Shown: positions 37,081-48,363 of the stretch, one piece after another
How the letters are laid out: each line of letters begins with the position of its first letter
Position numbering within the stretch: position 1 is the stretch's first letter
Origin: Nitrospirota bacterium
GTDB lineage: Bacteria > Nitrospirota > UBA9217
Length of the DNA stretch: 64,000 bases
Assembly (NCBI GenBank): GCA_963740085.1
Contig: CAVUCU010000001.1
Location: forward strand, 608,001 to 672,000
Direction of reading: 5' to 3'
The notes under the pieces: model-generated
Database searches by the model: none
What the model saw: only the letters and a program-made list of their open reading frames with translations
Told to the model about the DNA's origin: nothing
Made by a program: the position numbers and the translations under genes

Positions 37081-38466
37081 TCATTTGCCCACTCGCTTCA
37101 AAACCTCTCTTGCCGCAACCGCGCCTGATATCGACGCCTGGATCAACCCGCGCGTCACACCCGCACCATCTCCGACAGCGAAGAGGTTCTTCACTTCCGT
37201 CTCAAGACAAGGTGTAAGCTTCAACTTCATGGAATAGAACTTCACCTCAACTCCATAGAGGAGCGTATCGCCGGAGTTCACGCCCGGCGCGATATTGTCA
37301 AGCGCCTCGAGCATCTCCGTGATGTTATGCAGATGGCGATACGGCAGGACAAAGCTCAGGTCTCCGGGCGTAGCGTCGTCGAGCGTCGGCCGTACCGAAC
37401 CTTCCGCGATGCGTTCGGGGGTCGAACGCCTTCCCATTTTGAGATCGCCGAGCCGCTGCACGATCACCCCGCTGCCCAGCAGATTCGCGAGTCCTGCGAT
37501 ATATCTGCCGTACGCGATCGGTTCATCAAAAGGCCTCGTGAAATCAGTGCTGACGAGCAGTGCGAAGTTCGTGTTGTCCGTGGTACGGTTCCGGTAGCTG
37601 TGGCCGTTCACACTGTAGATGCCTTCGCTGTATTCCTTCACCACCTCGCCGTAGGGATTCATGCAGAACGTCCGCACCCGGTCGCGAAATCTTCTTGAAT
37701 AATAGATGAACTTTCCTTCATACGCCACATCGGTTATGTCTTTCATGATGGGGGCGGGAAGTTCGACCCGCACTCCGATGTCCACCGGGTTTTTTTGGAC
37801 CGATAACCCGAGACGTTTCGCCTCTCCTGAGAGCCAGGACGACCCTTCCCTTCCCGCTGCGGCGATCACGTAGCGCGCATGAAACGTATTCCCGTCCCCG
37901 GTCACGACCCCTGATACTTCTCCATTCGCGACCGTGATCTGTTCGACCGCCACGTCAAACAGCATGTCCACCTTGTTGGTGAGATTTTCCCTGATCTTTT
38001 TGAGGACTTCCTTGCAGAGGTCTGTACCGATATGCCTGATGCGCGCGGGGATAAGTTCGAGGTTGTATCCTGCGGCTTTTTTCTTGAGACGGGACAGGGC
38101 GGCATGGTCCTCGCCATGCACCGCCCCTCCGGCGCCGAAGGACAGATAGATAGAGTCTACGTAGTCGATGAATAAAGAAAGGTCTTCAGCAGACAGGTAG
38201 TCCTTCAGCCATCCGCCAAATTCCGGGGTGAGCGTGAGCTTGCCGTCGCTGTATGCGCCTGCGCCGCCCCAGCCGCACAGAATGCTGCAGAGGCCGCACT
38301 GCACGCAGTGACTGTCGGATCCTACCATGGGGCAGGCGCGCCGGTCTATATCGCTGCCCTTCTCGATCATGAGCACTTTGAGGTCGGATTTTTTGACGAG
38401 TTCGAGCGCCGCGAAGATGCCCGCTGGCCCGGTTCCGATTATGATGACATCATAGGAGGTAACCAC
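37081..38466 (-). CDS. NAD(P)/FAD-dependent oxidoreductase
   Basis: IIGTGPAG Rossmann motif, GWGGAGAYSDGKL, RTFCMNP, GDGAG.TRG. Confidence 0.88.
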   Translation of the reverse strand: MVTSYDVIIIGTGPAGIFAALELVKKSDLKVLMIEKGSDIDRRACPMVGSDSHCVQCGLCSILCGWGGAGAYSDGKLTLTPEFGGWLKDYLSAEDLSLFIDYVDSIYLSFGAGGAVHGEDHAALSRLKKKAAGYNLELIPARIRHIGTDLCKEVLKKIRENLTNKVDMLFDVAVEQITVANGEVSGVVTGDGNTFHARYVIAAAGREGSSWLSGEAKRLGLSVQKNPVDIGVRVELPAPIMKDITDVAYEGKFIYYSRRFRDRVRTFCMNPYGEVVKEYSEGIYSVNGHSYRNRTTDNTNFALLVSTDFTRPFDEPIAYGRYIAGLANLLGSGVIVQRLGDLKMGRRSTPERIAEGSVRPTLDDATPGDLSFVLPYRHLHNITEMLEALDNIAPGVNSGDTLLYGVEVKFYSMKLKLTPCLETEVKNLFAVGDGAGVTRGLIQASISGAVAAREVLKRVGK

Positions 38467-38527
38467 CGCTGATCACCAGGAAGGAAGGCTTCAACCTTCT
38501 CCTGCCTTCCCTCTTCCCGCATCCCTC

Positions 38528-39058
38528 TTACTGTATCGTCGCTGTTAATCCGGCAGTGAGGCCGGAGATGGTCAAGCCGTTCGAATCAAAGGTCTTGAGA
38601 TCCGTGACCGTGAAGTCCGTTGCCGCGGGAAAATGGCCTGCGGCAATGTCGCAATTCACGACCGCGAATTCCCCAACCGAAAAACCGTCTGATTTAGCCA
38701 TATACAGCTCAACTTTAGACGTCGATGCCGTCGTGGACGACGCCAGGTAAGTCGCGATAACAAGATCAGCGCCTGCTGCCTGGCCTGTCGCTGATACGAC
38801 GCCGCTGTCGGTGACCATCACCTGCGGGTTTGCGCTCGATGGAATTGCTTTAACGGTTACGCCTGTTGGCAGGTTCAACGTGGCCTGTGTCGTGTATACC
38901 AGCGCCCCGGAGGGGAGCGAACCCGTCATTGACAGCGCAATTACCGCTTTCGTCGGTTGTACGGGGGCGCTGCCACCTCCGCCTCCGCCGCCGCAGGCAA
39001 CGAGCGAAACAAGAATGAAGCAGGTTATCAGCAAGCCTGATCGTGTGGTCAATTTCAT
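38528..39058 (-). CDS. Lipoprotein, possible cohesin-like domain
   Basis: Lipobox LVAC followed by G7 linker; beta-rich body; directly after the multicopper oxidase. Confidence 0.7.
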   Translation of the reverse strand: MKLTTRSGLLITCFILVSLVACGGGGGGGSAPVQPTKAVIALSMTGSLPSGALVYTTQATLNLPTGVTVKAIPSSANPQVMVTDSGVVSATGQAAGADLVIATYLASSTTASTSKVELYMAKSDGFSVGEFAVVNCDIAAGHFPAATDFTVTDLKTFDSNGLTISGLTAGLTATIQ

Positions 39059-39132
39059 GAACAATCCTCCTCAGCTGTTGTGTGATCAGGGGGCCGGCGA
39101 AGTGCATTGCCGGCGCCCGTCGTTGTTAAATA

Positions 39133-42100
39133 TTACCAGGTCACCAGGCCGACTGCCTTCCTGAGAAGGACAATCACATCTCCCATATCGATCGTCCCAT
39201 CGGGATGAGGTATTCCTCCAATGAGCGGCGCAACGTCTCCGTTCATCATGTCTGTCGCAGTCGGGGAAACGACACCAGCCGCTATTAAAAGCGCCCTGAG
39301 GGCATCGCCCACCGTGCCGTTATACCCGAGATTGCCGCTCGGAAGAGCGATAAGGTTGATCGTGGCAGTGATCGGCGAGTAGAGCGTGCCGCCGGGCGCA
39401 GGCGTCAAAGGCAGCGAGCAATCGCGGAATTTGACATACACGGTCCTTGGCCCGTCAGGACCCGGTGCAAGGTTCCAGATCTTGCTTGTAGCATACGGCT
39501 CTTCGGCGGAGTAGGTTATCCCGTCATTCGAGAACTGCATTGACTGCACCCCCGTTGGAAAGTTCGGGCATACGGCGGGGTCCACGGCAGAGAGCGTCAG
39601 GTTGGCGGTCGTTGTATTGATCGAGATCGCGCCGTTGTTTATCAGCATGCTTGCCACCATGTCCGGTGAATGGATGGTCCAGGTCCCGGAAACGAACGCG
39701 CCCGCAGTGCCGTTCACATCAACCGGATAGTAGTTGATGGTTTTTGTAGCGGTCACTGTTATCCCGCTGCTCAGGTACTGGGAAGACGAGGTTGTGGGCT
39801 GGGACCCGTCAGTGGTGTAATAGATAGTTGCCGGCGTACTCGTCGAGATGTACATGATCACCGTCACGGTCGGCCCGGTATAAATGCCGGGAAGCGTGTA
39901 CGGGTCAACGGCGACGATCGGGGCGGACGGTGAGACGACCGTGTAGGTCATGGAGCTCGATACACCCGGGTCACTGGGACTGGCCTTCGCAGCGACGTCT
40001 ATCACATAGGTACCTATTGGAGTGGCTGCGGACATTGCCCATGACGAGAAGGTGCTATACGCTTGCTGCACAACGCCGTCTTTCGAGAACTGATACTTAT
40101 AGACCATAGAAGACGTACCGCCGCTGGCCACGGCAGTAAACAATACGTTCGTACCTATAGGATGCGGTGACGGCTTGTTCGCGGTCAAAGTCACCGCAGA
40201 AGCATCACCGAACGTGTTCGTGGTTATGTTAAGGGCCTGGATAAATGCAGAATCACCTCGCGACTGGACATTGGTACCGGCGTTGGAAGTGTTCGGGACA
40301 ATATAATTGAACGCCCTTACTTGATAATCGTAAGGGATCCCGCTGTCAACCAGGGAATCAACGTAGGTTGGGGTAAACGTGGGCAAGGACTGCATATATG
40401 CCAGTGTTGTCCATGTTCCCGCGCCTTGCGGTGAACGCTGGACCTCGAATGTGGCCAGATTGTTCGCATTGTCTGCCCAGGAGAGTACGTTTTCATTCGT
40501 GCCGTAACCTGTGCCCGGTCCGCCGTTTTGAACAGCCAGGCCGCCTGGTGCCGCAGGGGGGGCCGTCGGCACCCTGAAGATCATGGGACGCATGAAATCG
40601 TTCTCTTCATGCCCCAGGATGTGGCAATGCCACACATACTCGAAACCGAAATCCGTGGGGTCGTTGGGAACGGTGATCGCCATCGGCGGCGTCGTCGTGA
40701 GATCCGTTGTCGGGACCTGATAAGTGGCCGCCTGGGATGGTTCAAGCGCACGCGTGCTGGTCGGCAGGGCGAATGGGAGGCCATACTGGTCAAGCGGCTT
40801 TATCGCCACGATAACGTCCTCCAGGGGGTTCATCCTGATCGTTTCCTTCCAACCATACTCATTGTCGTCCGGCGGCCTGATTGCGCCGTCCCATCCCACC
40901 CGGTTCAAAAGCTGTACGTTGAAGAGATGGAAGTGGACGGGATGGGTATCCACGCCGTTATGCGTTATCTTCCAGATCTGGGGCTGGTTTTCCGCGAAGA
41001 TCTCCGTGGCCGGCTCCGCATATCCCATGGGGATCGTGGTCTGGTTCAGGTTTGTGGTGAACGGCAGTTCGACACCGAGCGTGGCGTTCATACGGCCGTA
41101 TGGGTCCCAGAGTTCCTGAATGGCCTTTGACCGGAACGGCATGATCACGGGTATGGTGGTATTGATGGGTGTAAAGGTCATTCTGTAGTCGGAAATTTTG
41201 CCGAAATGGTCTTCGAATGTTTGCGCATATGCCGCGTTGAACTGCGATTCCGGCACAACGGGCGTTGGCTGGGAAGCGGCGAATATCGCCGGCAAAGCGG
41301 CGTTCAATTGGGTGGCATCGAAGGCCGCGGTCGGTGTTCCCTGGACCTGAAACTGCATGATGGTCCGCGTGTTCGGACCGTATCCCACCAGGGTCGAGGG
41401 TGCACCACCCTGAAACGTATTGTCCGGATCGCCCGTATAGTAGTCATAGCGCACATCGTAGGCCGGGTTTGGCGCAGGCGCGTCATTGTACAGGATCAGC
41501 TTGGACCCGGAAGGCACGGACGAAAAGTCAATGATAACATCCGCCCTCTCTGCCGGCCCCAGCATCAGCGCCCGGTATAAAGTATTTAATACGACGATGT
41601 TTCTGCGGTTGTAGTCGTAACCGATCGGGCGGTTCGGGATCACCGCCGGGTTCGGCAAGAGTCCGCCCTCCGAACCGATCTGTATCATGTTCGGACCTAC
41701 GGTGGCCGGATCAGGCACGCCGCCGTCCCTGCCGTCTATCGGCCAGTCGGCGGGATAACTCGGGTTAGCTGCTGCCGGCACCATTTTTACTTCCTTGCCC
41801 GTTGGGTCGCCGGGGTTAGCATAATACAGTTGCAGATTGATCACCCGGTCGTTGCAGGCGTTCAGTATCTGGAACCGGTATTTCGTGGGCTGCACTACCA
41901 TATACGGATATGCCGTGCCGTTCACAACAGGCGTGTCCATGAACGCCTCCGGGGTTGTCGAAGGCTCCGGCAATACAGCGTAAGCAGGGTCCACAATGAC
42001 CGGGGGCCAGAACCAGGGACCGTAGTCCCATCTGCCAAAGGGGTTTGCGCCGTCCGGCGAATTTGGGTCCTGGTTGGCTTCGTACACATGCGGGAACCAA

Positions 42101-43146
42101 AGGTCTCCATACGTCCCCCATTTCGACGTGTCCCATTTGGAGTCCTGTGTGGCTATGTTCTTCGGCACAAAGGTCTTGTCCTGTATGACCAGGGGGACCA
42201 GGTGGGCGAGGTCCCAGGGTTGCGCATCGCCTAAGGTGCCCGGAACGCCCGCATTGTACAGTGCATTTTCGTCAGCAGGATTTCGCAGCAAGTACCCCGC
42301 GGCCATGCCCGCGTACACGTTCAGGCGCGTGATGCCTACTGCGTGGTCGTGAAAGAACATAAACCTGCCGCTCTGCTGGTTGGACCAGTAAAGCGTCTCC
42401 GCACCGGCGCCGGGGTCCGGCATATCCGGGACATTCACCTGGCTCGGACCTGTTTTCAAGGTTGTGGTATCTCCCGCAGGCGTGATCCATTGATGCGGTG
42501 TACCGTCGCTGATCCAGGGCGTATTGCCCCCGTGCAGATGAACGCTGGCCCTGTTCTCTGTATAGCAGGTCGCAGGTTTGGGTGAAAGATTGCAGTCTGT
42601 TCCCGGGGGCGAGGTAGCGCTCGTGCCCGCACCCATGAGGCTAGTGTCAACGGGGATGAAAAGATTTCCCGCTGTGCCGGTCGGCAGACTGTTCACGAAC
42701 TTCAGGCGCACCGGGCGGTTCGTGGTGGCGACGATCAACGGCCCAAGATAATGATTTACACTTGCAGTGCCTGATGTATTGATCTGATAATAGCCCCTGA
42801 GTGTCGTTTTCTTGGGGAGGTCGGAATGCATCTTTTCGGAATACTGCCTTAATCCAATCTCATAATAATCGGATCCGGTATAGGTAGTGGTGTCCGCTTG
42901 AGCAAGCGGGATGCACTGCCCAAGCTCGTTTACGCCGTTGTTCGTCGGCCCCCAGGTCGAAACATTGCAGATACCGGGAAGCGAGTCAACGAACTTTCTG
43001 AGGGCCGTTCCGGTAACGCCGCTCGCAGGGCTGTTGGCATAATAGGTCCCGCCCCCCGGCCCTGCGTATGCCATATTTTTTCCACCTACTAGTAAAGCGA
43101 TCGCGATAATCATTGTGATCGATATGACTATACGTCGACTCCTCAT
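39133..43146 (-). CDS. Large secreted multicopper oxidase, OmpB/MofA-like, with FN3-like domains and dockerin-like C-terminus
   Basis: All four Cu motifs: HLHGG, FHDH, HPVHFH, WHCHILGHEENDFM; YANSP...LRKFVD.LP N-terminus; GDVAPL..G.P.PDG.ID.GD end. Confidence 0.88.
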   Translation of the reverse strand: MRSRRIVISITMIIAIALLVGGKNMAYAGPGGGTYYANSPASGVTGTALRKFVDSLPGICNVSTWGPTNNGVNELGQCIPLAQADTTTYTGSDYYEIGLRQYSEKMHSDLPKKTTLRGYYQINTSGTASVNHYLGPLIVATTNRPVRLKFVNSLPTGTAGNLFIPVDTSLMGAGTSATSPPGTDCNLSPKPATCYTENRASVHLHGGNTPWISDGTPHQWITPAGDTTTLKTGPSQVNVPDMPDPGAGAETLYWSNQQSGRFMFFHDHAVGITRLNVYAGMAAGYLLRNPADENALYNAGVPGTLGDAQPWDLAHLVPLVIQDKTFVPKNIATQDSKWDTSKWGTYGDLWFPHVYEANQDPNSPDGANPFGRWDYGPWFWPPVIVDPAYAVLPEPSTTPEAFMDTPVVNGTAYPYMVVQPTKYRFQILNACNDRVINLQLYYANPGDPTGKEVKMVPAAANPSYPADWPIDGRDGGVPDPATVGPNMIQIGSEGGLLPNPAVIPNRPIGYDYNRRNIVVLNTLYRALMLGPAERADVIIDFSSVPSGSKLILYNDAPAPNPAYDVRYDYYTGDPDNTFQGGAPSTLVGYGPNTRTIMQFQVQGTPTAAFDATQLNAALPAIFAASQPTPVVPESQFNAAYAQTFEDHFGKISDYRMTFTPINTTIPVIMPFRSKAIQELWDPYGRMNATLGVELPFTTNLNQTTIPMGYAEPATEIFAENQPQIWKITHNGVDTHPVHFHLFNVQLLNRVGWDGAIRPPDDNEYGWKETIRMNPLEDVIVAIKPLDQYGLPFALPTSTRALEPSQAATYQVPTTDLTTTPPMAITVPNDPTDFGFEYVWHCHILGHEENDFMRPMIFRVPTAPPAAPGGLAVQNGGPGTGYGTNENVLSWADNANNLATFEVQRSPQGAGTWTTLAYMQSLPTFTPTYVDSLVDSGIPYDYQVRAFNYIVPNTSNAGTNVQSRGDSAFIQALNITTNTFGDASAVTLTANKPSPHPIGTNVLFTAVASGGTSSMVYKYQFSKDGVVQQAYSTFSSWAMSAATPIGTYVIDVAAKASPSDPGVSSSMTYTVVSPSAPIVAVDPYTLPGIYTGPTVTVIMYISTSTPATIYYTTDGSQPTTSSSQYLSSGITVTATKTINYYPVDVNGTAGAFVSGTWTIHSPDMVASMLINNGAISINTTTANLTLSAVDPAVCPNFPTGVQSMQFSNDGITYSAEEPYATSKIWNLAPGPDGPRTVYVKFRDCSLPLTPAPGGTLYSPITATINLIALPSGNLGYNGTVGDALRALLIAAGVVSPTATDMMNGDVAPLIGGIPHPDGTIDMGDVIVLLRKAVGLVTW

Positions 43147-43250
43147 AACACCCTCCGCAGAAACCTTTTTGTCGTTATCTGATTAATTGTTAGATACTCT
43201 GGCCGCACGGGAAAGACGGCCGGATCGGGACAATCTGATATAGCGAGACA

Positions 43251-43532
43251 TTACTGTGGGCCCGCCTCGGCGGCTTTTTCTTTATTGATCTGCTCCTGCC
43301 TCAGTATTCTCTGTTGTTTCAGCTCAAGCTTGGCCTTGTTGCGCCTGGAGATTGAGGCATTGCCCGATGTGGACCGGGCTTTTTCGTTGGACTGGATTGA
43401 GGGTTGTTCCCGAAGCTGTCCTTCAGCCTGAGGAGTGGCTATAGTAAGACCCGATTTCGCGAGGACAAGTGCACTGACGAACGTCAGCAGCATGATTCCG
43501 ATTGCGATTGTTGATGTTTTTTTCATGGACAT
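43251..43532 (-). CDS. Small secreted hypothetical protein
   Basis: Signal peptide, basic coiled-coil tail, RBS GGGAG. Confidence 0.6.
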   Translation of the reverse strand: MSMKKTSTIAIGIMLLTFVSALVLAKSGLTIATPQAEGQLREQPSIQSNEKARSTSGNASISRRNKAKLELKQQRILRQEQINKEKAAEAGPQ

Positions 43533-43574
43533 AAACTCCCTTCTTTATCAAACAGTATAACCGATGATATTTCT

Positions 43575-43937
43575 TTATGGCTTCGAAGCCGGCCTTGCAG
43601 ACGGGGTAGCACTCGGCATTGTCGCCAGAACCCGGGCCGTTCTCTTCTTTTGCATTATCTCCGTCTGAATCGCGTTAAGGACCGCACGCAATTCTTTTTC
43701 GCTTATCAGCAGTTTCCCCCCTGAAAGCTCATCTTTCATGCCTTGTATCACTTTGTCCAGCTCTATATCACTGCCGCCCCTATATTGTCTGAAGTTTCTG
43801 ATCGTACTGACGCCGATACTGTAGTTCACCTTGTCCATCTGGGTCTTGAGCACGGGCTTCTCGCCGGGAAATGCTGGTGAAGTCAAAAGCACAACCCCCA
43901 GGACCACCATCCAATTCATCATTATCCGAAGTTTCAT
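43575..43937 (-). CDS. FKBP-type PPIase N-terminal (dimerisation) domain-only protein
   Basis: LKT..DKV.YSIG.....F......D....GMKD...G.KLL; no catalytic FKBP domain follows. Confidence 0.75.
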   Translation of the reverse strand: MKLRIMMNWMVVLGVVLLTSPAFPGEKPVLKTQMDKVNYSIGVSTIRNFRQYRGGSDIELDKVIQGMKDELSGGKLLISEKELRAVLNAIQTEIMQKKRTARVLATMPSATPSARPASKP

Positions 43938-44022
43938 TATTCCCCTGTTGCCGACGCAAAACCAAGCGCGTTCGGTTAGTTCTTTTTTGAAATTAATAAG
44001 GGCAGCGCTCAGTACAGACTCT

Positions 44023-44038
44023 TGCAAAACGAGCGCCT
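44023..44038 (-). promoter_or_regulatory. Candidate sigma54 promoter of the FKBP_N-multicopper oxidase operon
   Basis: AGGCGC-TCGTT-TTGCA (GG-N10-GC spacing). Confidence 0.4.
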
Positions 44039-44206
44039 TAGTTTACCACTTTTGTACTATTATAATCAAGCGCAATGCTGCATCGGATATAGGAGAGAGT
44101 GAAGATTTAACGAAGGGTTATTGACAGGTTATTAAAACGTACCTCTGAATCTGATTTGTAACAGTGCCTCAATGACACTCCCTGCCGCACCTCCTGCCAA
44201 CGAGAA

Positions 44207-44238
44207 CAAAAAAAGGAAAGACGATAAACGTCTTCCCT
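44207..44238 (-). terminator. Intrinsic terminator after the sigma factor operon
   Basis: ggaaagacg-ataaa-cgtcttcc stem and T7 on the minus strand. Confidence 0.6.
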
Positions 44239-44334
44239 CGATCATTTGCAGCTGCGATTTTTACAAAAGTCCAATTTGCGCCTGCCGTGCCCGGGATCTA
44301 CCTGCAGGCTGCCTGACAATTCCTTCTTTCTCAT

Positions 44335-44844
44335 CTACGCTAGTTTTCCGATTCCAGAGCTAGCATTCTTCTCGAAGAAGGTAAGATCTCCGGCCCTGCC
44401 TGGCATTGATACGCTCCTGTTATAAGGATTCGTATGAAAGGATATATGTACAGCCTCGACCTGCTGTTTTGTCAAATAAGTGTGAAGCCTCTCATAAATC
44501 TTTTCACGCAAAGTTTTCGCATCGTGAGTATCTGTTTCCGTAAAAATAACTCCCAACACCGATGCGCGTCTGTACCAGCCCTTGATATCAGTATCGCGAC
44601 TAGACGCCAATATTGTCTCCACGACCCCTCTGAGAGCGTCACGCCTGCTCTGGAGGTCGCTGATCCCGGAAACTGTCAGCGTCATCAGCAGAAAGGGAAT
44701 CCCCGAGCGTTCGCTTCGTTTTCGCTCGAACTCGAGCATCTCAAGAAAATTTTCTTCACGGTAGACGCCGTAATCATCATCCAGCAACGACTGGGAGTGC
44801 CATTGGGAAAACGAATGATTATTTTCCTGCAAAAATGTTTTCAC
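44335..44844 (-). CDS. Stand-alone degenerate GGDEF-like domain of the type found N-terminal to sugar transferases
   Basis: E..F..ML..ERKRSERSG.PFLLM...R.TDIKGWY...LGVIFTE; no GGDEF motif. Confidence 0.55.
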   Translation of the reverse strand: MKTFLQENNHSFSQWHSQSLLDDDYGVYREENFLEMLEFERKRSERSGIPFLLMTLTVSGISDLQSRRDALRGVVETILASSRDTDIKGWYRRASVLGVIFTETDTHDAKTLREKIYERLHTYLTKQQVEAVHISFHTNPYNRSVSMPGRAGDLTFFEKNASSGIGKLA

Positions 44845-44861
44845 CGGATATCCCTCCCGAC

Positions 44862-45824
44862 TTACAGCACGTCCGACAATTCCATATTGTTTATCTTTGT
44901 TTGTTTTCTGATCCTGTCGATCGCCTTTTTCTCTATCTGCCTGACGCGTTCCCGCGTGATGCCGAACCGTTTGCCGATAGTGTTCAGGGTCCAGGGGGAC
45001 TCATCCTTCAGTCCATAACGCAATTCGACGACCCTGCGCTCCGCCTCGGTCAGTTCGGAGATCCATTCGTCGATCTGCTTGCGCCTCCTCATTGCATCAG
45101 AATCGGCATCCGGGGACGGGGTATGGGTGTCCGCCAGATAGTCCTTCAGCGTCTCATCCCCGTCCTCCATGACGATGACGTCAAGCGAATGAGTTTCCCG
45201 CGAGACCTGTGAGAACATCCGGACCTTCTCAATACTGAGGTGCATTGCTTCAGCGATCTCTTCAGGATAGGGATTCCGTCTCAGCTGCTGCTTCAATTTT
45301 TTCTCCGTGCGGGTATACCGATAGACCTCCTCGGAAACATGTACGGGAAGGCGGATGGTCCTGACCTGATTCGTGATGGCCCGCTCGATCGCCTGTTTGA
45401 TCCACCAGCTGGCATACGTGCTGAACTTGAATCCCCGCTTATAATCGAATTTCTCAACGGCCCTGATCAGGCCCAGGTTGCCCTCCTCTATGATATCCGA
45501 GAACGGCAGCCCCCTTGAAACATATCGTTTCCCGATCGCAACGACAAGCCGCAGATTGGCTTCGATCATCCTGCTGCGCGCTTCCAGGTCGCCCTCCGCG
45601 ACCTTCTTTGCGAGTTCCTGCTCCTGCTCGAACGTGAGAAGCGGCATCTTTCTCATTTCCTTGAAATAGAACGAAATGACATCGGAGGTCTTGGACGGCG
45701 ATTCTTTCTCTGCACCGTCAAGGCGAACATCTGCAGCTTCATCTCTCCCGGCCCTGCCATCGGGCATATCATCGGAAAAATCAATTTCTGCCCTGTCTTC
45801 AGCAACCTGATGTAATGCGTTCAT
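44862..45824 (-). CDS. Group 2 sigma70 factor (RpoS/RpoD-like)
   Basis: [50 protein letters not shown]; lacks region 1.1. Confidence 0.92.
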   Translation of the reverse strand: MNALHQVAEDRAEIDFSDDMPDGRAGRDEAADVRLDGAEKESPSKTSDVISFYFKEMRKMPLLTFEQEQELAKKVAEGDLEARSRMIEANLRLVVAIGKRYVSRGLPFSDIIEEGNLGLIRAVEKFDYKRGFKFSTYASWWIKQAIERAITNQVRTIRLPVHVSEEVYRYTRTEKKLKQQLRRNPYPEEIAEAMHLSIEKVRMFSQVSRETHSLDVIVMEDGDETLKDYLADTHTPSPDADSDAMRRRKQIDEWISELTEAERRVVELRYGLKDESPWTLNTIGKRFGITRERVRQIEKKAIDRIRKQTKINNMELSDVL

Positions 45825-45899
45825 ATGTTTTCTCCTCGCGTAATCATGATCAGTACAGGTACTGCGCTGCTCACGCGGCCAGTGAAAGAAATCCGCTTT

Positions 45900-46319
45900 T
45901 TACATTACGGCATGATGCTGGACGAGGCGGCGGCTGTTCTTCACCTCGATCGGCTCAACGTTCCAGGCGAGCGCCATTACGTCATTGATCTGCTTAAGGG
46001 AAAAGGGTTTCTCGATACACCCGGACACGCGCATTTCACCCAGCTTCTCCCTTACCTCCGGGGAGAGGGAGCCGCTCATGACGAACAAGGGGACCCGGGG
46101 ACATCTCTTGTTCCTGTGTTCGATCACCCCGTAACCGTCCATGACCGGCATATCAAGGTCCGTCAGGATCAACGCGACCGGCATGGAATCGATCAGCGCG
46201 ATGCCTTCCGCCCCGTTTCTCGCGGTGAGAATGTTACAGTCGTGCAACGGCGTCTCGATGGACGCGGCAAGCACCTCCAGAAGTTGAATGTTGTCATCAA
46301 TGAGAAGAATGTTGTACAT
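45900..46319 (-). CDS. Single-domain response regulator
   Basis: LIDDN, TDLDMPVMDG, MSG, EKPF. Confidence 0.88.
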   Translation of the reverse strand: MYNILLIDDNIQLLEVLAASIETPLHDCNILTARNGAEGIALIDSMPVALILTDLDMPVMDGYGVIEHRNKRCPRVPLFVMSGSLSPEVREKLGEMRVSGCIEKPFSLKQINDVMALAWNVEPIEVKNSRRLVQHHAVM

Positions 46320-46740
46320 GGCCGTCCCCTCCCGGCGGGTTTTTCCGGTTTCTCCCGCTGAGCGCTTGCTTCACGATCAGTTCGAACTCCTTTTTCTTGA
46401 TCGGTTTGTTGACAAACTCGAATGCACCGAGGCTGACCGAACGCAGGTAGGTTTCGATGCTACCATATGCGGTGATCATGACCACCGGAAGAAGCGGACG
46501 CAATTTCCTCAACGCTAAGATGAAATCGAGCCCGTTCTCGCCGGGCATTCGATAATCGGTTATGACTAGATCGACCTCAGTATCACCCCGGAGCAGTTCC
46601 AGGGCGGCATTGACATCCCCCCGGGCGATGACCCGGTAATCCAGGTCCGTCAGGATCTCACTGTAGCTTCTGACATTCTCCGGATCATCATCCACGACAA
46701 GAATGGTCTTGGTTTTTTTAATGCGCGTGCTGACCGCCAT
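46297..46740 (-). CDS. Single-domain response regulator
   Basis: VVDDD, TDYRMP..NG, ITAYG, NKPI. Confidence 0.88.
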   Translation of the reverse strand: MAVSTRIKKTKTILVVDDDPENVRSYSEILTDLDYRVIARGDVNAALELLRGDTEVDLVITDYRMPGENGLDFILALRKLRPLLPVVMITAYGSIETYLRSVSLGAFEFVNKPIKKKEFELIVKQALSGRNRKNPPGGDGHVQHSSH

Positions 46741-46796
46741 AAGTAGTATCGTGAGCACCTATGAATAGAATAATATGAAGAATGTATTGGATGAGA

Positions 46797-46812
46797 AGCA
46801 AGGCTGATGCCA
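46797..46812 (-). promoter_or_regulatory. sigma54 promoter of the RR-RR-sigma operon
   Basis: TGGCAT-CAGCC-TTGCT, near consensus; just downstream of an NtrC-type gene. Confidence 0.75.
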
Positions 46813-47013
46813 GAATTGAATAGCTATGAGAATCAACGTGATAGAGAATATGTTAGGGGATGAAAAGCTGAAGGTGTTTCATTTTGAACGGTTTGTTTTG
46901 GACTTGTCGGATTAAATTGATCAAGCGCACGCTTTCGACGCGGGACAAACATACGTTTGCGCAGGTGAAGCGAACAGCACCATTTTTTTATGAAACTGGC
47001 ATCGAATACTGTC

Positions 47014-48349
<1,336 letters not shown>

Positions 48350-48363
<14 letters not shown>

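Noticed and set aside
37081-38466. FAD oxidoreductase as DsrL
   Set aside because: Lacks the DsrL ferredoxin domains and GltD-like architecture, and lies 20 kb from the dsr cluster
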